DNA of 18,732 nt from assembly GCA_038208905.1 (NCBI GenBank), contig JBBQYG010000067.1:1-18732 (forward strand), read 5' to 3'. The translations under genes and the position numbers were made by a program. Shown one piece after another: positions 15,252 to 18,732 of the stretch (positions within the stretch are counted from its first letter, which is position 1; every line of letters starts with the position of its first letter). The notes under the pieces were generated by a model. It did no database searches. It had not been told where the DNA came from and saw nothing but the letters and a program-made list of their open reading frames with translations. This DNA is from Candidatus Sumerlaeia bacterium. GTDB taxonomy: Bacteria > Sumerlaeota > Sumerlaeia > SLMS01.

Positions 15252-17579
15252 GTGAAGCGCTCGCAAGCCATTGAGCCCCTTGTCTGTGTTGTCCTTGTCC
15301 TGCTGTTCTACCATCCCCTGCTGAATCCCGGCGCCATGCCGTCCGGCGGCGACGCGGCCAACCTCTTCTGGCCGCTGAAGCTGATCATGTATCGCTCCAT
15401 CTGGGGCGATGGAATCGTGCCACTGTGGAATCCGTATTCCTACCTTGGCGCGCCGCTGGCGGCATCGCTCCAGCACGCCGTATTCTATCCCGTTGACTGG
15501 CTGATCTACACGATCCTTCCCGCGCATGTCGGAATCAATGTGGGGAATCTGTTCCACCTGTCGCTGGCGGCGGTGGGCGGGTGGTTGTTGCTAAGGCGCG
15601 GCCTCGACCTTGCTGCGATTCCCTCCATCGCAGCGGCGGCGGCATTTCCCTGCGGTGCGTGGTTCTGGGGCCAGCTTGAGCACATCAACCAGGTCGCCGC
15701 CGTTTGCTGGCTCCCGCTGCTGGCCGCGCTCTCCGTGCTCTTCGTCCGCGGCGCCATCGCTCCCTCGCGGTATATCTTGCTATACAGCGCCGCCATGGCG
15801 ATCCAGTTCATGAGCGGCCACCCGCAGGAGTTCTTCTACGCCCACCTGTTCTCCTTCGCTGTGATTCTCTCGGGCTCGTTGCTGTTTCCTGCCTCGTGCC
15901 CGCCGTTCGTCCGCCGCGTCGTTGCGCTCGGTGCTTCGCTGCTCATCGCAGGACTACTCATCGGCGTGCAATTGCTGATGACGATGGAGGCATCCTCGCA
16001 CTCCCGTCGGCAGTTCCGCGACCCGACCTACGCGCTTTCGTTCAGCATGCCACCCGCGATGCTGGCGACGTATGTCGCGCCGCATTTTTTCGGCAGCTTT
16101 CGCGACGGATACTTCAAGCACAACGCCGATGGCGGGATGCGCCTGAATCCGGCCGGCGAGCCAGAATGGAGCTTTCGCGCCTATGGCGAGTATGGACTCT
16201 TCGTTGGTGTCCCGGTCCTGCTTCTCGCCGTCGGAGGATTCTGGAGCCGCCAACATCGGCGCGTCGTTGTCTTCCTCGCCATCGTCGGCGCCGTGGCGCT
16301 GCTCCTGGCGCTTGGCGGCAACACGGCCCCCGCGCGCCTATTCTCCCGGGATTTCACCGAGTTCCCCCAGCCGGGTTGGTCGCTGCACGAGTTGTTCCTG
16401 ACCGTGTGTCCACCCGCAGCGGGGTTCCGCGTCCCCGCCCGCATCGCCGTGCTCACGGGGTTCTCGCTGGCATTGTTGGGGGGCATTGGCTTCGACGCGC
16501 TGCTGCGCCAGCAGGCGCTTGCGAAATCACGCACAGTAGTGGGCGTTGCCATCGCCGCCGCGATTCTGGCCGCACTCTATATTCCGAGCCGCCGCGAGAA
16601 GTTCCACTATCCCGCATCGATGACCGAAGTCGCCGCCCTCGCGCACCACGACCTCGGCCAGAGTCGCCGCTCGCTCGACGGCCACATCTACCGCCTCACC
16701 GTAGGCGACGACGGACGCCTCGTGGCGGAGCGCCATCTCGAGTCCACCTTCGCCGGCGGAAACCCCATCCTGAATCGCTACCTTGGCCTACAGCCACACA
16801 TGAACGTGATTCCCGGATTGCCAAACGTGGACGGCTATGAGGAGGGCCTCGTGCCGACCGCTCGATTCAAGGATTTCCTCTACGAGTTCAACCGCAACCT
16901 CCGCCAGTTTCGCCCCGATCCCACGCTGCTCAATCTGCTCGATGTGAGGGAGATTCTCTCCGAGGGTATCCCCGTCGATCCCGAGCTCTATCGCCCCGAT
17001 GGGCACACCGAAGGCGGTTGGCTGCGCCACCTCAACGCCAGCGCACGCGGGGCGGCGTTCTGGCGCGATCGCACGGCGGGAGTCGATCTTGCCCGGCTCG
17101 ATGGCCCCTTCTGGCGCGGCGGACAGCCCCACCCGGAGATCAACCGCACGGCCATCGACCTCGGCACGCTCACTGACTGGTCCGCGCCTGACCTCCCTAT
17201 GACCACCCACCTCCCCACGCTCAACTCCGTCGAGGTCCGCATCTCACATCAACCGATCCCCCCGGTGCCCTCTTCCAATGAGGCGCTGCTCGTCTTGGGC
17301 TGGTACCCCGGCTGGCGATTTGCAGAGGGTGCCGCGATCCGCAACGGCAGCCCGCCTGTCGAGTGGGCCAACGCCATCCACGCGCGTCTTCCAATGGATG
17401 CGCTCACGACGCAGGAACTAAGCGCCGGAGACCACCAGGCGTCGTGGCTGTTGGAGTTTCGCCCCTTCAGCTATCGCATTGGGCTATACCTCAGCATGGT
17501 CGGAATCGCCCTTTGGGCGGCTCTCGCCGGTTGGCGGTGGCGCCAACCCCCCTTGACGGCCCCCCGCCCATCCCATTGA
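15252..17579 (+). CDS. YfhO-like polytopic membrane protein (putative GT-C glycosyltransferase), 775 aa
   Basis: GGDAANLFWP, VPLWNPYSYLGAPLAASLQHAVFYP, SGHPQ, FRVPARI, DGYE, WYPGW, and FRPFSYRIG before the last TM helix. GTG start 6 nt after the rlmI stop. Confidence 0.8.
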   Translation: MKRSQAIEPLVCVVLVLLFYHPLLNPGAMPSGGDAANLFWPLKLIMYRSIWGDGIVPLWNPYSYLGAPLAASLQHAVFYPVDWLIYTILPAHVGINVGNLFHLSLAAVGGWLLLRRGLDLAAIPSIAAAAAFPCGAWFWGQLEHINQVAAVCWLPLLAALSVLFVRGAIAPSRYILLYSAAMAIQFMSGHPQEFFYAHLFSFAVILSGSLLFPASCPPFVRRVVALGASLLIAGLLIGVQLLMTMEASSHSRRQFRDPTYALSFSMPPAMLATYVAPHFFGSFRDGYFKHNADGGMRLNPAGEPEWSFRAYGEYGLFVGVPVLLLAVGGFWSRQHRRVVVFLAIVGAVALLLALGGNTAPARLFSRDFTEFPQPGWSLHELFLTVCPPAAGFRVPARIAVLTGFSLALLGGIGFDALLRQQALAKSRTVVGVAIAAAILAALYIPSRREKFHYPASMTEVAALAHHDLGQSRRSLDGHIYRLTVGDDGRLVAERHLESTFAGGNPILNRYLGLQPHMNVIPGLPNVDGYEEGLVPTARFKDFLYEFNRNLRQFRPDPTLLNLLDVREILSEGIPVDPELYRPDGHTEGGWLRHLNASARGAAFWRDRTAGVDLARLDGPFWRGGQPHPEINRTAIDLGTLTDWSAPDLPMTTHLPTLNSVEVRISHQPIPPVPSSNEALLVLGWYPGWRFAEGAAIRNGSPPVEWANAIHARLPMDALTTQELSAGDHQASWLLEFRPFSYRIGLYLSMVGIALWAALAGWRWRQPPLTAPRPSH

Positions 17580-17636
17580 GTTGCGCCGCCCGGGATAGCC
17601 GGGGTCGGCAGGTTGATATACGAAACGAGGAATGCG

Positions 17637-18732
17637 ATGCGCGTCGGACTGGTTACGCTCGGATGCGACAAGAACACGGTCGATAACGAGTACCTGGCAG
17701 GACTGCTCTCTGGCCGCGGCATCGAAGTGGAAGTCGCCGACGAGAAGCGCCCGCCCGACGTGGTGGTGATCACCACCTGCGGATTCCTTCAGTCCGCCAA
17801 GGACCAGTCCGTTTCCGAGATCCGCCGCTGGGCCGCGATTCGCAAGAAGAGCGGCACGCGCCTCGGCGTGATCGGGTGCCTTGCCCAGCGCAGCGGCGCC
17901 GACCTGCTTCGCGATATTCCCGAGATCGATTTCCTCGCAGGCGTCGGCGACTTCGAGCGCGTCGCGAAGCTCGTGGCGGGGGAGGACAAATCGCGCTTCC
18001 TCACCAACACCAACGGCGAATCGTGGGACCTCAAGACCCAGAGCGCCGCCGTGATCGATGGCGAGTCCGAAGCACCCGAAACGGGGATCGCCTTCGACAA
18101 TCGCCGCTTCAAGCGCGACGCGCCCCGCGTGCTGATCCCGCGCACGCTCCCGCGCCAGCGCGTGGACAAGCGCCCCCACGGCTTTCTCAAGATCAGCGAC
18201 GGCTGCAACCACACCTGCACCTTCTGCAGCATCCCCCTGATGAAGGGCGTTTACTCCAGCGTGCCGCGCAACGTCCTGCTGGAGGAGACCCGCCGCCTCC
18301 TCGATGATGGCGTGCGCGAGATCAACATCGTAGCCCAGGACATCACCAAGTACGGCCTCGATACGGAAAAGCGCATGGCGCTCCCCGATCTCCTCAAGGA
18401 GATCTGCGCCCTCCCCGGCGATTTCTGGATCCGTCTCTTCTACCTCTATCCGAGCACCGTCACCAAGGACCTCCTCGCCGTCATGCGCGAAGAGCCCAAG
18501 ATCGTTCGCTATCTGGACATCCCGCTTCAGCATTTGGACGAAGACGTGCTCCGGCGCATGAAGCGCCCCCATGATCGCACGCGGACGATGGAGATGCTTC
18601 GCGGCATCCGGTCGGAGTTCCCCGGCATGACGCTCCGCACCACATTCATCGTCGGCTTTCCCGGCGAGTCCAACGCCGAGTTCGACACGCTGCTCGAGGG
18701 CATGGACGAGATTCAGTTCGAGCGCCTCGGTG
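17637..18732 (+). CDS. rimO: Ribosomal protein S12 methylthiotransferase RimO (radical SAM); 3' end outside window
   Basis: Hand translation: MRVGLVTLGCDKNTVD, VITTCGFLQSAKDQS, GCLAQR, FLKISDGCNHTCTFCSIPLMKG (CxxxCxxC), IVAQDITKYG, WIRLFYLYP, YLDIPLQH, LRTTFIVGFPGE. GAGG RBS upstream. Missed by the ORF track. Confidence 0.93.
   Translation, partial: MRVGLVTLGCDKNTVDNEYLAGLLSGRGIEVEVADEKRPPDVVVITTCGFLQSAKDQSVSEIRRWAAIRKKSGTRLGVIGCLAQRSGADLLRDIPEIDFLAGVGDFERVAKLVAGEDKSRFLTNTNGESWDLKTQSAAVIDGESEAPETGIAFDNRRFKRDAPRVLIPRTLPRQRVDKRPHGFLKISDGCNHTCTFCSIPLMKGVYSSVPRNVLLEETRRLLDDGVREINIVAQDITKYGLDTEKRMALPDLLKEICALPGDFWIRLFYLYPSTVTKDLLAVMREEPKIVRYLDIPLQHLDEDVLRRMKRPHDRTRTMEMLRGIRSEFPGMTLRTTFIVGFPGESNAEFDTLLEGMDEIQFERLG

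Noticed and set aside
17585..17609. Imperfect hairpin GCCG-CCCGG-gatag-CCGGG-gt-CGGC between the YfhO-like gene and rimO
   Set aside because: Short, bulged, without a U-tract, and expected by chance at this GC content.
1..18732. CRISPR arrays, tRNA/rRNA genes, IS or prophage genes, frameshifted pseudogenes
   Set aside because: All intergenic gaps are 240 nt or shorter with no spaced repeats or cloverleafs seen by eye. No transposase or integrase motifs, and all called reading frames are intact.

Overview
High-GC bacterial chromosomal segment with 15 CDSs, mostly housekeeping and envelope genes. I saw no tRNA, rRNA, CRISPR array or mobile element. Left to right: a large secreted glucose/sorbosone-dehydrogenase (GSDH/PQQ-type beta-propeller) + PKD protein (minus strand, runs off the left edge, missed by the ORF track); an operon of an orphan ABC-2-like permease, a metallophosphoesterase and FxsA; a convergent minus-strand run of a PGRP-type amidase, ABC ATPase, double MacB/FtsX-type permease and lipoprotein periplasmic adaptor; then, divergently, lexA-cmk-plsC-rpsA-rlmI-like-YfhO-like glycosyltransferase-rimO (partial). 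The clearest non-coding signal is an inverted pair of GTTC-N7-GTTC-type direct-repeat boxes just upstream of lexA, a likely SOS operator. I cannot support a claim of a wholly new system. The best candidates for a second look are that operator, the amidase abutting a TolC-less MacAB-like module, and the orphan permease operon with its structured leader. All family calls come from motif recognition, not database searches.
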